From positions 862,007 through 926,006 of the forward strand of contig JAAOMT010000222.1 of NCBI GenBank assembly GCA_016748015.1: 64,000 bases of DNA. Direction: 5' to 3'. Shown piece by piece: positions 1 to 12,200 of the stretch. A program made the position numbers and the translations under genes. The DNA comes from Geosiphon pyriformis uo1 (lineage: Eukaryota; Fungi; Glomeromycota). The notes beneath the pieces were generated by a model. It ran no database searches. It saw only the letters and a list, made by a program, of their open reading frames with translations, and was not told where the DNA came from. Every line of letters begins with the position of its first letter. Within the stretch, counting starts at the first letter, position 1.

Positions 1-705
1 GTAACATAAAATTTATATCAATAATATATGTACTTAGAACAAAAATAAATAAATTATTTAATATTATTCATCAAATTTTTAAAACAGCTTAAAACTAAAT
101 TAAACAAAATATAATAAATATATATATTGAAGTTTATTAAACTTTTAATTATTATTTATTTTCGTTTTTACACACATATTTACAATAAATTTGGTTAACA
201 GCTGTTATTATTATTGTTAATAAATTAAAAATATGTTATTTAATAAACAAAACAATTTTTTTTTATAATTTAAATGGTTTCTATTTGTTTTTTTTATAAA
301 ATAAACATATTATTTAAAAATATATAAAAAGTGAAATTTAATTATTTTATTGAAAATTGGTATTCTCTTAAATTTTATCCATTTAATTTTTTATATCAGA
401 ACTTTGTCAATCATTTTTAAAACTATTTAGTTTAATTCTTTATGTATTTATATATTGTTAGTTGTTGAACATTGTTTTATATATATTTTTAATTTTCTCA
501 CAATCAAAATTGAAAATTAAGAAGTAGATAGTTTATTTTGAATAAGTATTTAAATTGACAATTACATGAACAAAAAGAAAAAACAAAATATTATTGATTT
601 TAATATTATGTGCTTTTTATAAAGTAACATAATCATCAAGATTCCCATATTAAACATTTGCCATTTTCAATGTAACTTTGTATTCTAGGCAGAATTTTTC
701 TTAAA

Positions 706-1765
706 TTATGAAAAAGACAAGAAAAAAACAACCAAGACAAAAAAAATACTGCCGCCTAAACATTTATTTGCAGAAATAGTCTTTTAATTAATGCTGGTAG
801 TGGTAGTGGTAGTGGTGGTGGTGGTGGTGGTGGTGATATTGGTTGGAAGATTAGTAGGAGTAGGGGTTGAAGTTTGATTCGAATAATTATAGGAAGTAAT
901 ATTAGCTTTCAAATCATTGATGACATTGAACTTTTACTGAAATGGGCTATCAAGAGAATTTGTTTAAGGATAGTCAAATTAAATTTTAGAAACTTTCTGA
1001 AAATCTTAACCACAGACAATATTGTTCGGCATATGTTTAACATCATACACGCGTTTGTTTGATATGTAGTCAAGTTCAATATAGGTAGATGGTGGGAAGA
1101 GAGAATTATTAAAATAAATACCTGGTTCTTCCGGTCCTACATAAGTTTGAGTGAGTTCCCCAATTTCAATCCAACTATAATAATCTGCAATTAAATTCCA
1201 AATTGATTAGATTTGAAACAAATTCATTGCGTTATAAATACAATAGTTAACAAAAACACTCACCTGGTTTCGAACTCTTTGTGCACAAATTTTCATAATT
1301 TGGCTTTGAAAAATAGTAAATTTCAAATAATTTATTAACCCAGCTCGCTAGAATATCTGTTCCTTCTATTTCCTTTACACAAGTACGCTGTATTTGTTTA
1401 TATCCGTCAACCGAAACCAAGACTTTACATGGATTCAACTGAGAACAAAAGATTTGAACCTCAGAATTAAAACGGGAAAAATTATAGTAAAAAACAATCT
1501 CGTTTTGGTTTTGAAGATTGGTGTTAATTTTATACATATTAAGAAATCTCCATTCATGATAAAATGTATGATCAGAATTATCGAGGTGGGCGGCGTAAAG
1601 AGTTTTAAGACAAAGAGTATGTTACGTTAAAGAATTCAGAGCAAAGATCAATAAGTGTTGGATAGGAAGGATTGTGTTGGATAATAAGATTTCGTTGAGT
1701 TTTTGGGCAGAAACAAATATAATCAAGAAAAGTATTGAAATTGGAATCAGTTTAATTAAAGACAT
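706..1765 (-). pseudogene. Two-exon secreted, probably GPI-anchored, Thr-rich surface protein gene interrupted by six in-frame TAA codons
   Basis: ATG at 1765 gives signal-peptide-like MSLIKLIPISILFLIIFVSA. Intron 1263-1185 (GTGAGT...CTAAT...TGCAG). Exon 2 stays in frame through NQTSTPTPTNLPTNIT(n)SIN to a hydrophobic tail GGSIFFVLVVFFLSFS*. Internal TAA at 1622, 1006, 979, 964, 934 and 784; no frameshifts. Confidence 0.7.
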
Positions 1766-2196
1766 TATTTGTTTTTCTGAATCTTTAAGGAAAAGTCTCA
1801 ATTTTAATTGAATATTCGTATCTTTTAACAAACAAGGTATATTTATACTGTCGAATTTATTATAAAACTGATGTAAATTTTTAGTAATGAAGGAGTTTGG
1901 ATACAAATTATTTTTATCTTGTGATTTCTTTAATCCCTAAGTGGTGGAAGCTTTAAACTCTATTTTTAATTTGCCCAATTTTTTAATCGTGATATCATAG
2001 TAAAGAAATTTTCTTGAATTGGAACAAGATATTACAGTTATATTTGGGTAAATGGAGGATACGAAATCTCAAAATGGGATAATAAAGAATCAAATTCACC
2101 AAAAATTAGATTTCAAAATTAGAAAAACTTGGTGCAATTTTAAAACCTGTTGAAATTTGCTTATTATTCATGACCACAAAGAATTATTTTCTGATA

Positions 2197-2197
<1 letters not shown>

Positions 2198-2241
<44 letters not shown>
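2198..2241. repeat. (AAT)n microsatellite at the left edge of the first lipase repeat unit
   Basis: Direct reading of the aataataat run. Confidence 0.9.
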
Positions 2242-2242
<1 letters not shown>

Positions 2243-2699
2243 TAGCTTGAATAGTAAAAGACTTGTCTTTGTAATTCATTAAATAACCTGTTATTAAATA
2301 CTAACCAAGACATAGAATTATGCTAATTGTATTATCTTTTAACTTTTCCATTTTCTTTAAAAAAATCAGCAGCTGATTACATTAATTAAATTATTTACAT
2401 ATGTAATTTAGTTAGATTTATATTGCTCGTAGTTACTTTCCTCTTTATTATCTATTAATGTGCTATCTAACTTGTTACAACATAGTAATATAACAATCTG
2501 TTGTAATCATGAATCAAAATACTTGAGTAATTTAAAAAAATTAGTTTAGTGTTGATGTTGTTTGACCATTATTTTCTATATAAATACTTATTTAAAAATG
2601 AACAAAATACTGTATATACTGAATAAAAACACTTGTAATTTATAATACATCTTACACAAAATGTAAAAAATGCAATTTTATGCTGTGTGAGAAAAGAAT

Positions 2700-3300
2700 T
2701 TAAAAGATATAAAAAGATACGGACTTGAATAAGTATCTTTCATACTATATTGAGTTATCTTCTCAAAATACTCAAAAAAACAGCGTACAAGAATCAGTAA
2801 GCAAGAAAAATTATGCCAAATGCCTTCTGAGCATTTTATTATATGGTCTTCATGTTAACAAAAAAATTGGCAACAAATTTATCACAAAAAGTATTATGCA
2901 TTTTGCAAACTATTGGAAAGCATTTAGCTGAAAATATATATGCGAAAAGTCTTTGAAAAACCATACCAATATTTAACAAAGCTCAAAATAACGAATTAAG
3001 TAATTCATGACTATATATCTAAAATAAGATAAATTTTTGAAAATGAATGATAGTTTTAATAAAATAATGACCCAAAATATACTGGTCATTTGGCCAAAGC
3101 TCTTTTAAAAAAATATGCCTGAAGTTATCAAGTGGTCAATTAATAGCCCAGACTTAAACCCCATTGAAAAATAGTGGGTCATCTTTAAGAGTAATATAGA
3201 AAAAGAAATGTTCAAAAATTGCAATGCATTAAAGCAATAAGAGAGAAGTAGCATAATATTTCTCGATCTACATTAACCGAGTTAGTAAAATCATGCAGCA
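2700..3300 (+). mobile_element. Tc1/mariner (DD34E-type) transposase remnant
   Basis: Translation near 3060-3200 gives NNDPKYTGHLAKALL...PEVIKWSINSPDLNPIEK*W, matching the Tc1 motifs QDNDPKH and WPxxSPDLNPIExxW. Contains stops and frameshifts; boundaries approximate. Confidence 0.8.
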
Positions 3301-3589
3301 GCAATGTGAGCTAATTATTTATATTTACACGTTAATTAAATTTACAAATTTCAAAATATTAATTCTTAAACTTATACGTATTAAATTTAGTTTTTATGAT
3401 ATTATTTATAAATTTTTGTTTTCATTTTGAACACTTTTTTTAGCTCGTTTTAATTTACAGCTTTAAATTATTTCAAAATAACAAATAAAATTGTAAAAAA
3501 ATTACTAGCAAAATTATGAAAATAAAAGAATATTTGAAAATAATAATAAATAAATATTCAATTCAATAAAAAAAATTATTTATCGTGTA

Positions 3590-4600
3590 AACTTGAATAT
3601 TTTTACATTCTTCAATTCTAATTACACAATTTGGTCTTAAATGCTCGCTACTATTTTAGTATCTGTGCCAAGATTGCATTTCTGTCAATTTCATTTGAAA
3701 AATTTAGGAGAAAATACAGATTTCCAATGAAATATTAGTCGGAATTGATTCAAAAATTATTATTATACTTATAATTTATAAACATTATCATTATAACTTT
3801 TTTATATATTAATCGGACAATCACAATTTCTCGGAATAATTCAGTAATTTATTCAATTGCTTGACGCTTCAGAAAGATAAGATGCAAAATTTTTAATGTA
3901 GGTAAACCTACAGATTATTATCTATTCTCTCTGAGACTCAAGTTTTTGCAAATTGGAAGCTTCCAACTCTGGTCATCCAAATATAAATGTCAAAACCATT
4001 TTTCCTCCGTCATAGGTGTGCTCACATGATCAGGCCCAGGAAAATAGTAAATTTTGAGTTTTAAACCTTAAATTTTTACCACCCTTTCAATATTATCAAC
4101 TTAATATTTACACGTTTCATTATCATGTTCAAATTGACGTGACAATTTTTTTATTTGTGGAGAAATACGTTCTAAAAATTCAAAACATTGTTGCATTGAT
4201 TTATTTTTTCTGATTTCAGGCTCTTTAGACTATTAAAGATTAGAAATAAATTATTTAGTTTAATAAAATAATTTATTACTAAATCTGTCTGGTAAAAGAC
4301 AGCTATATTATTGGTGCATCTTTAAGAAACTGCTACCAACAATCAAATTTAGGAATGGAAGAATAATGATATTGAAGTTCTGTAAAATCTATGAAAACAT
4401 GGATAAAGAGTATATCAACAGTTTTGAAAGTTTTTTGATTTGAATACTTATAAAATGAAAATAAATGATTGTATTTTTTGTCAATTTTCGAATAAAATAA
4501 TTTTGATATGTAAGTAGTCATTGATTTCATGTATTTTGAAGTTGGAATATTAGTCTCATTGCAAAATTCCGGATTCAATTCATAAAACTTTCATAGAGAA
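3590..4600 (-). pseudogene. Decayed coding-like companion sequence downstream of lipase copy 1, with related copies beside other lipase copies
   Basis: Block ATTGCTTGACGCTTCAGAAA.ATAG..TGCAAAATT recurs near 3856, 13950, 18283 and 56561. Minus-strand translation gives Leu-rich fragments (VGLPTLKILHLIFLKRQAIE) with stops. Product unknown. Confidence 0.4.
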
Positions 4601-4629
4601 TATAAAAAAACTATTCCTTTGCAAGAAAA

Positions 4630-6049
4630 CTAGCAATTACCCATTGTAACACCGAAATAAGGGCCGTAATGTTCTTGAATGTTGTTCTCGCCTGCGATCG
4701 ATTGTCCAGAATTGCATTCCTAATTTTGTTTAATTGAATAAAATCGAAAACTCAAGGTTTATTTGGACTCCCAAATTTCGAAATGAAATAATACCAATGC
4801 AATCATTATAAGCAAAAATTACTACCTTATTCTCCCCTGCTAAATCATCTCCAGGAATCCAAAACTTTTCCCGACGAAAATCGTTCATTCTTTCTAAATT
4901 GAAAATTTTTTGAGGTCTTCCACAATCCCATACAGCTTCTCCATCAGTTACAAACATTTCTTCATCTTCAGGACAATCACAATCTATTGGTCCAATCATT
5001 ACTTCCCTTTCATGATGTTGCATTATTGAGTGTTTATTTTCAATTGGAAGAAAATGTGGGACGTAATCATTTTGACGAGTAACTCTTGTAACCTTTACTA
5101 AGTCATTCATCATTCTGGCAAGCATTATATTTCCTATTCTTGGTTGACCATAAGTATAAATATTAATATCAAGTGTCCCTTGGAATTTGATTCCGGGTGG
5201 ATAAACTCCAATAAGATCCACTATTGTAAATATTAAACCCGCTATTGCTGCATATGCTATTAATTTTTAAAAAGAAAAAAATCGAATTACTGAAGAAAAA
5301 GGTTTCAAAAACGAAACATTGTAAATTACTCACCACCACCTACACCATGTCCAGAAAAACAAATGCGTGTGAATCCTTTTTCTTCGATTTTACTATATAT
5401 CATTGATATAATAGCATCCATCATCATTATTACCTCATAAAACCATTCTTTATCAACTAGTACNNNNNNNNNNNNNNNNNNNNNNNNNNNNNNNNNNNNN
5501 NNNNNNNNNNNNNNNNNNNNNNNNNNNNNNNNNNNNNNNNNNNNNNNNNNNNNNNNNNNNNNNNNNNNNNNNNNNNNNNNNNNNNNNNNNNNNNNNNNNN
5601 NNNNNNNNNNNNNNNNNNNNNNNNNNNNNNNNNNNNNNNNNNNNNNNNNNNNNNNNNNNNNNNNNNNNNNNNNNNNNNNNNNNNNNNNNNNNNNNNNNNN
5701 NNNNNNNNNNNNNNNNNNNNNNNNNNNNNNNNNNNNNNNNNNNNNNNNNNNNNNNNNNNNNNNNNNNNNNNNNNNNNNNNNNNNNNNTTTTTGATAAAAA
5801 TGAGAATTGAGGTGATATTAAATGTTTCTTAATTGATTCTCGAATATTTTCAGATGGATAAAGTTTATTTTGTTTTGAATTTGAGAAATTCATCCAAATA
5901 TCTTTGGATTTTAAACCATTCAAATGTGAAGAAATGGTAATTAAAATAAAGAATATGAATGTTAAAATTATTGAAAGGGAACATAATAGGTTTGATTTTA
6001 TTGAAAATAACCGAGATTTTTTAGTAGAATTTCTTTGTATTTCAGACAT
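4630..6049 (-). CDS. Class-3 lipase-like protein, copy 1 (nucleophile motif GHGVGG; spans an assembly gap)
   Basis: N-terminal TM segment; FSGHGVGG at 5352-5335 followed by a GT-AG intron; AYAAIAGL, IYTYGQPRIGN, RVTRQNDYVPHFLP; last exon ECNSGQSIAGENNIQEHYGPYFGVTMGNC* ending at 4630. Confidence 0.85.
5464..5787. other. Assembly gap (324 N)
   Basis: N run. The equivalent interval in copy 2 (15472-15917) is 446 bp. Confidence 1.
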
Positions 6050-6139
6050 TGTCTCGCTATCTTAAGCTTTGAAAAGTTTCCTAAATAATTGTGCTCAATT
6101 CAATAAAAGATTTTTAGCTCGATAATTAAAAGGATTAGA

Positions 6140-6199
6140 GATCACTAACATCGGAATTATCCTCACAGGTAAAAGGATATTATAAATGATTTGTTGTGG
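6140..6199 (-). promoter_or_regulatory. Conserved upstream element of lipase copy 1 with TATA-like TTTATAATA
   Basis: Plus-strand GATCA..A.CA.CGGAATTATCCTCACA.GTAAAAGGATATTATAAA..ATTTGTTGTGG recurs upstream of all five copies. Confidence 0.6.
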
Positions 6200-6279
6200 A
6201 TATTTAAACTAACATTTTTAAAACTTACGATTTTTTATCATTAAACAAAATACTAAGTATAATAATAATAATAATAATA

Positions 6280-7616
6280 CGACAGGGTGAAATCTGAGAT
6301 AACAAATAGTAAAACCTGCGATGATCAGCCATGTAATGTAAAACCTGCGATAGATTAGTAAAACCTGCAATAGGGTAAAAACCTGTAAACCCCGTGATTG
6401 TATCAAGTGAAATCTGCGATAAATAGACATTTTTTAAGAGCAACGGCCTCTTTTGAGGGCAGACCCAATTGAAGGTACTGTAAAGTCGACCAAACTAAGT
6501 GGCACAACTTTGAATGGAAAATTCAAACAAGTAATACTGTTATTATTGAAACAGGTAAGCTTAAAAATAGAGATCCTTCTTTATTACATATAACGATCAG
6601 TTTTTATTGCAAAAAACTCAAATCTTTCCATAGATGACAAAATCCATTATATAACCACTTTTGGGAGGAGGACGCGACTTCCAATTGCCATTGCCCTTGC
6701 TTTGTAGGTTTTTTGCAACCCATCGTATTGATACCAGCCAGAATTTTTAAAATTTTCGAAACGAACATCGGCAATATGATGGATGTCGTTACAAAAAGAA
6801 ACTCCCATCAGGCGATATCTATATTAAAAAATTAATAAATAAATACAGTAAGTGATAAACTTAATTCAAATTTACCTTTGTTTTGTAATTTGATTTCCTT
6901 TAGGAAAATTGATTTCTTCTGGTAAATCTTTGTTCTGAAGAGACGTCTTTTCATTAATGGTGCTAATTCCCGTAACATTGATGACAAGGATCAGAGGCAG
7001 TCGCTGGTCGATTTGTCTTTTTGATACGGTATCACCCATTCTATAAATAAAGATAAAGTTAATACTTTTTAATTTTGATTAGAAATTATTCTTTATTTTA
7101 TACCCTATTGGAACATCCAAGATATTCTACGTATGCCAACTTTGAAAATGAATTTTTGTTTGCATCTTCATTTACAAGTGTAATGGCTTTTACATCTCCT
7201 TCACGTACCTTAATATTCAATAAAATACTATTGTATAGAAGTATAATTCATATAAATAATAATCTCTTACCCACTTCTTATGCATATAGTCATGATCTAG
7301 AATTTTATAACCGTTACTAAGACTACCACCTCCTAGGGATACCGTATCAAACATATATAACTCTAACACTGAGGGTACTTGTATAAGTGGCACTTGTATG
7401 CATCGAATAGTTGGCAATAATGGGCGCCAAATGGCCTTTTTTGTTTCAATAGAGCTAATAGACAAAGCATAATCGCCCATTAGTGATAATGTTATGGTAG
7501 TAAAAGATAATGTACCTTTACCTTCTTTACACATTTTATATATTTCATTTTCTCACTTGATACAATCACGGTGTTTACAGGTTTTTACCCTATTGCAGGT
7601 TTTACTAATCTATCAC
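6280..7616. mobile_element. TIR-bounded non-autonomous DNA element with GTAAAACCTGC subrepeats
   Basis: 6347-6410 is the reverse complement of 7553-7616 (about 64 bp, 2 mismatches). The left arm carries extra GT(A/G)AAA(C/T)CTG repeats out to about 6285. No TSD identified. Confidence 0.75.
6618..7330 (-). pseudogene. Intron-containing fragment resembling the C-terminal half of a USP/C19-like cysteine protease
   Basis: Spliced translation QRLPLILVINVTG...DLPEEINFP..KQR|YRLMGVSFCNDIHHIADVRFENFKNSGWYQYDGL...(frameshift)GYIMDFVIYGKI* follows the USP order LP.IL.I / FP / Y.L.G..H..H.A / W..YDD / Y.L.Y. Confidence 0.5.
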
Positions 7617-7699
7617 AATAATAAATAATAGCTTGAATGACGCAATAGCATTTGTTCCACAAAAATTATCTCGATTGATGTCTCATGTGTTGTTTAGAT

Positions 7700-9200
7700 G
7701 GTAAGAATTATCCAAATAATTTTCAATCTAGTCATCATTTTAATCTAATCAATAATTTCAACAATTGCTTTCTTAAGACCATCATAATCCTCCTTATCTG
7801 CCTTCTGTTAAATATTCTTTCATACATTACCTTGAGTATGCCGCTTTCAAAACTCAGAACTTCGTTGGCATAAGCTGGACTACAATTCTCATTTGGTAAC
7901 AGTTGTGAAAAATCATTTAGTCGAAGTTGCATCATAATATATATTCTACGAATTAAGCTAACAAGGTCATATTTTGCCATATAATAAGATGATTAGAACT
8001 GTCCCCTTTGTACAAATATTCAAAAACGGGATCTGCAGAGCAAGCTACTTTGCCAGTAAATCTATCTTGTTGAAAATTGTAGATTGCACACCCCAATTTA
8101 ATATGATGATTTTACCAGTTTCCTGGCTCTGGAGGATATTGTATTGTCTTAAATCTTGATGCCTTATTCTCAGATTATGTATGTTCTGGGATAGCTTTAA
8201 TATCTTTCTTTTCAAAATGAGTTATTGGCTGACATATAAAAAATGATATATTATTATGTAGAAGCAGGTGAAAATATGCTTAATGTTGTCTTGGTCTAAG
8301 CCTTGCTAAATATCTGTTTCCACCAACAGATAATCTTGATATTTCTCTCTGTCTTTCAATATTTTCACTACAATATTTTAATTATTGTGGTTTTTTTCAT
8401 ACATGATAGAAGTTCTTCCGACTTCAATACAGGTTTTAAGAATGACTTTATTATTATAGATCATTTCCAGGTCATGCCAACCTAGTTGTTCGGACGTTGC
8501 AATGAAGAAGTTAACAGCCTAATGGAGAATTTTTTCCAGGCAAGTAGCCAGGGAGCTCTTGAGTAGAAAGTTGATATTTCTAGCAACTTTAAGAAACTTA
8601 ATGTAATAACAATTAGTAATAATACCAATGATTTTGAGCCTTTAAAGGTGTAATTTCAGTAGTTTTTTACAAAAAACTCTAATGTGTTCAATATCAACAT
8701 TGGTGAAGTTTATGAAATCTCTTTGAGCTTTAATTTCTACAACAGTTACCACATTTAGAGATTTCAATTCATAATTTTTTTGTATTAAAACCATGTCTTG
8801 TTTCACATTGTCCAACATCTCAACTTGATGGTATTATATAAATCAAACTTATTGCAGATTAGTGATGAGGCTTGTTCCATAAAATATTTTTGCTAATCCT
8901 CTTCCTTATAAGATGTTGGTGGATTGTTGAACCAGCTATGATAAATATTGTTCTCAATCTTCCTTTGCTCTAAGTGGAAAATTAATGCTCTGCAAATTAT
9001 CATGAAGTTGAATAAGCTGATCTTTATCTCCTTTTCTGTACCTTCAAAATGTGAATATAAGAAAAATAAAGAAAACAATATATAAATGTACCACAAAGAG
9101 TCAAGCAAGGTAACGTAAACATCATTCTTTTCATCTTCCTGGTTAGCCAGTCATCTTCTAGTTTGCAGCGGAAGTTAGTCAATGTTACAAATACTATATA
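7700..9200 (-). pseudogene. Decayed restriction-endonuclease-fold plus protein kinase gene (Crinkler-associated or fungal-kinase type)
   Basis: HNLRIRHQDLRQYNILQSQETGKIIILNWG (about 8180-8090) is a decayed HRDxxxxN and DWG; KYDLVSL lies downstream. Upstream LNVVTVVEIK...IIGIITNCYYIKFLKV (8760-8580) fits a PD-(D/E)xK-type domain. Many stops and frameshifts. Confidence 0.6.
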
Positions 9201-12200
9201 CCAAACATTCTCCAAATATAGATATTTCTTCCATAAAACGCATAATATTAAATATTTTTAAAGCAAAAAATTATACTATTATTGTTGCTAAAAAATAACT
9301 TAAGAAAACAAAAAATTTTATTTAATTATGAATTTTGTAAAAATATAAATTGAAAAAAAAATTAATTTTGGTCAAATATTATTACAAAAATAATTTTTTA
9401 GAAATAATTCAACAACAATTGCAAAATAATGATAATAATAAATCTAATAATAAAAATAGTTATAATAAGAAAAAAACTTAATAAATTAATTTTTACAATA
9501 TTAACAAGTAATATCAAACTATTAAACAATGTTAAAACTAATTAAAAAGAATTATAATGAATTTAAAACTTATTTGCCGGCTATATTACAATATATATTA
9601 AAAAAGAGTTTGTCATTAACCAAAAAAAAGCTAAATAGAATTATCAAAAACATAGTTCTGGTGCCAAATGTTAATACAACTATTACTTTACACTTAATTA
9701 ATAAATATAAAACCCGTTTAATTTATTATAAAAATCAAAAACTTATCAGTTTAATTTTAGGACAAAAAAATCAAACCATTCTAAAAAACCATTCAAAGTT
9801 TAATTTTTGAAATTGGACATTTTCAAAAAATAAAAATTTGACATTTTCAAAAAATAAAAATTTGACATAAAAAGTTACAAATAATCGAGCCTCATTTCGT
9901 GAAGCGAATAAAAAATAATTGTATTAAAAAAACTTTCTAAAAAGACCAATATTATTTAAAATATACCAAAATCAGTTAATTAAAGCTTTGTTTTAGGTTT
10001 ACTTAAATAACATAATAATATACTTAAAAACTTAGAATCAATAGTTTATACATCGCCGAATAGTTTGCACCTTTTTCAAAATGCTCAACTTTGAATTAGC
10101 TTAATTAAATCTTTTTTAAACAGCAATCAACTCAATTGTTGGTTGTTTTAAAAGATGAATTTTTTGATTCTATTAATGTTAAAAATTTTTAAAAACATGA
10201 GCAATCAATAAATATAAATGAAGTGCAATTTTTTTAAACTAGTATTATATCTTTGAAAATTTTAAAAATTGCTTTTCTTTTGAATCAGCTTTCAAAAAAA
10301 AAGCTTTTGAATTAATATGACTTAAAATAAATAAAAACAACAAAAAAATCTTTATATTATTTAAATATTCAATAAATGAAAAAATGAAAAAAAATTAAGA
10401 AATACACAATATGTAAATTAATATTAATAATTTATAAAAATTAGCAATGATTAACGAATTAATAAAAATCACTTAATTAGCTAGAATAATCTTATAATAC
10501 CAATGTGAATCCAAATTATCACGAATTAATATGAGAAAGCTGAAATCACATTAGCAAAAATATTTTAAACAATTAATTTCTAAATTTGTTAATATTTTTG
10601 CTTAAGACAATAATGACTTGAAAAAAAATAATTTGGTTTAATTTAATTATTGATAAGCTCATTAATTTTTTTTGTTAATAAAACAAAAAATTTTTGTGTT
10701 ACTACCAAAAACTTAACAATATTTAGAAAAAAATGTTCTTTTAAACTTAACAATTTACCACTAATATTTTAATGATTAATAAATATTGTATATTTAAAAC
10801 TTTTATGGAAATTAATGGTTGTTATTTAAATAACACTAATATTGGCTTTTCGACTTTTAAAGTCATTTATATTACTAACAAAAAATCTTTTAATAATTAT
10901 GAAAAACAAAATTAAAACTAAATATTAAATTATATGATAACTAAAAAAGAATAATAGCTTTATTATTGATTTGTTGTTAAGAATTTTACGACTTTTAATA
11001 GTAATTGTGATATTATTAAAATTATTATTAATATGTAATTTAGAAAAACTTTAATTGAATTAAAATTTATAGTCAAAAGAAAAAAATGCTTTCAAAACAA
11101 CTAAAAATTATTTTAAATCTGTATTAATTAAGAAAAATATTTTCACAATATTTTGTTTAAGTATTTTTTTTTCTTTTGTGGTTTGATTTTAAACATAAAA
11201 TTTACAAATTTAAACGATAAAAATTGGGTTTAAAATACTTTTTTAGTTATTTTAAATCAATTTTAAAACCAATTTTCTCAGAAATTAGAATTATTTATTA
11301 TTACAGATTTTTTAATTTTGTTAAAATTATATTATTTTTTAGAAAATACTACAAAAAATAATACAAATCATTATTATTAAATAATTAAAATCATTTAATA
11401 AATCAAACTTTTTAATAATTATCATTATTTAAAAATTTAAGGACAAATTTTTAACATCAGTTTCTTGATTTTTAGAATTTCACATTTTTTTATTGTAATT
11501 CAAGTTGCATAAAGTATGTTAAACAACAATAAAAATCAAAAATACACAAATATATTTAATTGTGGCATTTTAAAAAAATTGGGGAATATAATAATATTAT
11601 AATAAAAAGTAGACTTAAACAAATATAAAGATTGAATTTTTTTACAAAAATATTATTATTGTTTTGCTTAATAAAATAATAAGTATAAAGTTATTTTTAA
11701 ATTGACCGATGCATTTTAATTAAAAAAACAACCATTTTAAGAATCTTTAATCTTAGAAATATTTACAGATTATAGATTAAATAATATATTTATTTGTTTA
11801 GTGAATCATACAAATAAAATAAACATAGCTCGAAAACTCTGTATTTTTTTATAAGAAACAATGCAAATAGAAAAACTGGATTTCAAATCTTAACTACTTT
11901 TTACATTTGTAGTTTGTAAAGCAATTTTCTAAGAATATGATTCAAAATTTGCAAAAAAATATTAATTATTATACTGGGTAACTTTTATGTTGTTTTTAGG
12001 CTGGCTCCAAAGTACTTGTAAATACAAGCAAAATAATAGCTATACTATTATTAATTATTTTTATTAAACTGTCAAATATATTTTTACAATTCTGTTGTTA
12101 AAAATTCCATAATTATTACATTTGTATTATGTAGAAAATTTATAACTAGTGCATTAGCTTTGTTAGATTAAGTCATTTATAAATTCTGCAGCTTGATCTT

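Noticed and set aside
706-1765. UAA-to-Gln genetic code reassignment as the explanation for in-frame TAA codons
   Set aside because: CK1, SGF73 and lipase copies 2 and 3 terminate at TAA at the expected positions, and none of the intact genes has internal TAA or TAG.
5453-6049. 198-aa ORF with a poly-X stretch
   Set aside because: Artefact of translating through the N gap; the real gene is spliced.
6285-6420. CRISPR-like or iteron array from the GTAAAACCTGC repeats
   Set aside because: Eukaryotic context, short irregular spacing and no cas genes; the repeats are subunits of a terminal inverted repeat.
9815-9868. 24-bp tandem duplication (similar 33-bp one at about 26848-26920)
   Set aside because: Two-copy local slippage in AT-rich DNA with no further structure.
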